NCBI GenBank assembly: GCA_028534125.1
Contig: CM052837.1
Coordinates: 10,292,001 to 10,356,000 of the forward strand
Origin: Lama glama
Taxonomy: Eukaryota
Direction: 5' to 3'
Length of the DNA stretch: 64,000 bases
Below, one piece after another: positions 63,969 to 64,000 of the stretch. Below the pieces are notes generated by a model. The model had not been told where the DNA came from. It made no database searches and was given only the letters and a program-made list of their open reading frames with translations. The stretch's first letter is position 1, and each line of letters starts with the position of its first letter. The position numbers and the translations under genes were made by a program.

Positions 63969-64000
63969 GAGAGGAGGTTATAGCTCAAGCAGTAGAGCGC
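63969..64000 (+). mobile_element. 5' head of a tRNA-derived SINE (camelid Vic-1-like), cut by the window edge
   Basis: GGAGGTTATAGCTCAAGCAGTAGAGCGC with an A-box-like TAGCTCAAG. Confidence 0.65.

Larger units (their letters stand above)
29941..64000 (+). other. PAK5: first intron (continues beyond the window)
   Basis: GT donor at 29941, then repeat-rich sequence without a recognisable coding exon. Confidence 0.6.

Noticed and set aside
1-64000. A novel multi-gene system, CRISPR array or prokaryote-type locus
   Set aside because: The sequence is mammalian repeat-rich DNA. There is no repeat-spacer array, no operon-like ORF cluster and no intact long ORF.
63969-64000. Possible tRNA gene
   Set aside because: Truncated by the window edge with a degenerate D-arm/A-box, and preceded by A-rich L1 sequence. 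A SINE is more likely.

Overview
Mammalian genomic DNA, most likely camelid (alpaca or camel), judged from the lineage-type L1 3' ends and the tRNA-derived SINE head at the right edge. It is a draft assembly with six N gaps. I see no credible protein-coding exon: the ORF track is explained by repeats, N runs and GC-rich sequence. The central feature is a CpG-island promoter (~29.3-30.6 kb) with a non-coding first exon on the + strand ending at the splice donor CAG|GTAGGC (29940/29941). From memory this exon closely resembles the 5' UTR of human PAK5 (PAK7); this needs BLAST confirmation. Positions 1-29.3 kb are repeat-rich upstream DNA (L1, L2, MIR, ERV1/ERVL/MaLR LTRs, hAT and Tigger elements), and 29.9-64 kb is the start of a long first intron. 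I found no evidence of a novel multi-gene system. The best second-look items are a strong-Kozak 6-codon uORF plus extra uATGs in exon 1, an intronic pseudo-exon whose perfect donor can be masked in cis by a U1-like sequence, an inverted L1 with a large internal deletion, a perfect 14-bp hairpin and a 117-bp tandem duplication. Repeat family names are from recalled consensus sequences, and boundaries are approximate unless a TSD or TIR is quoted.
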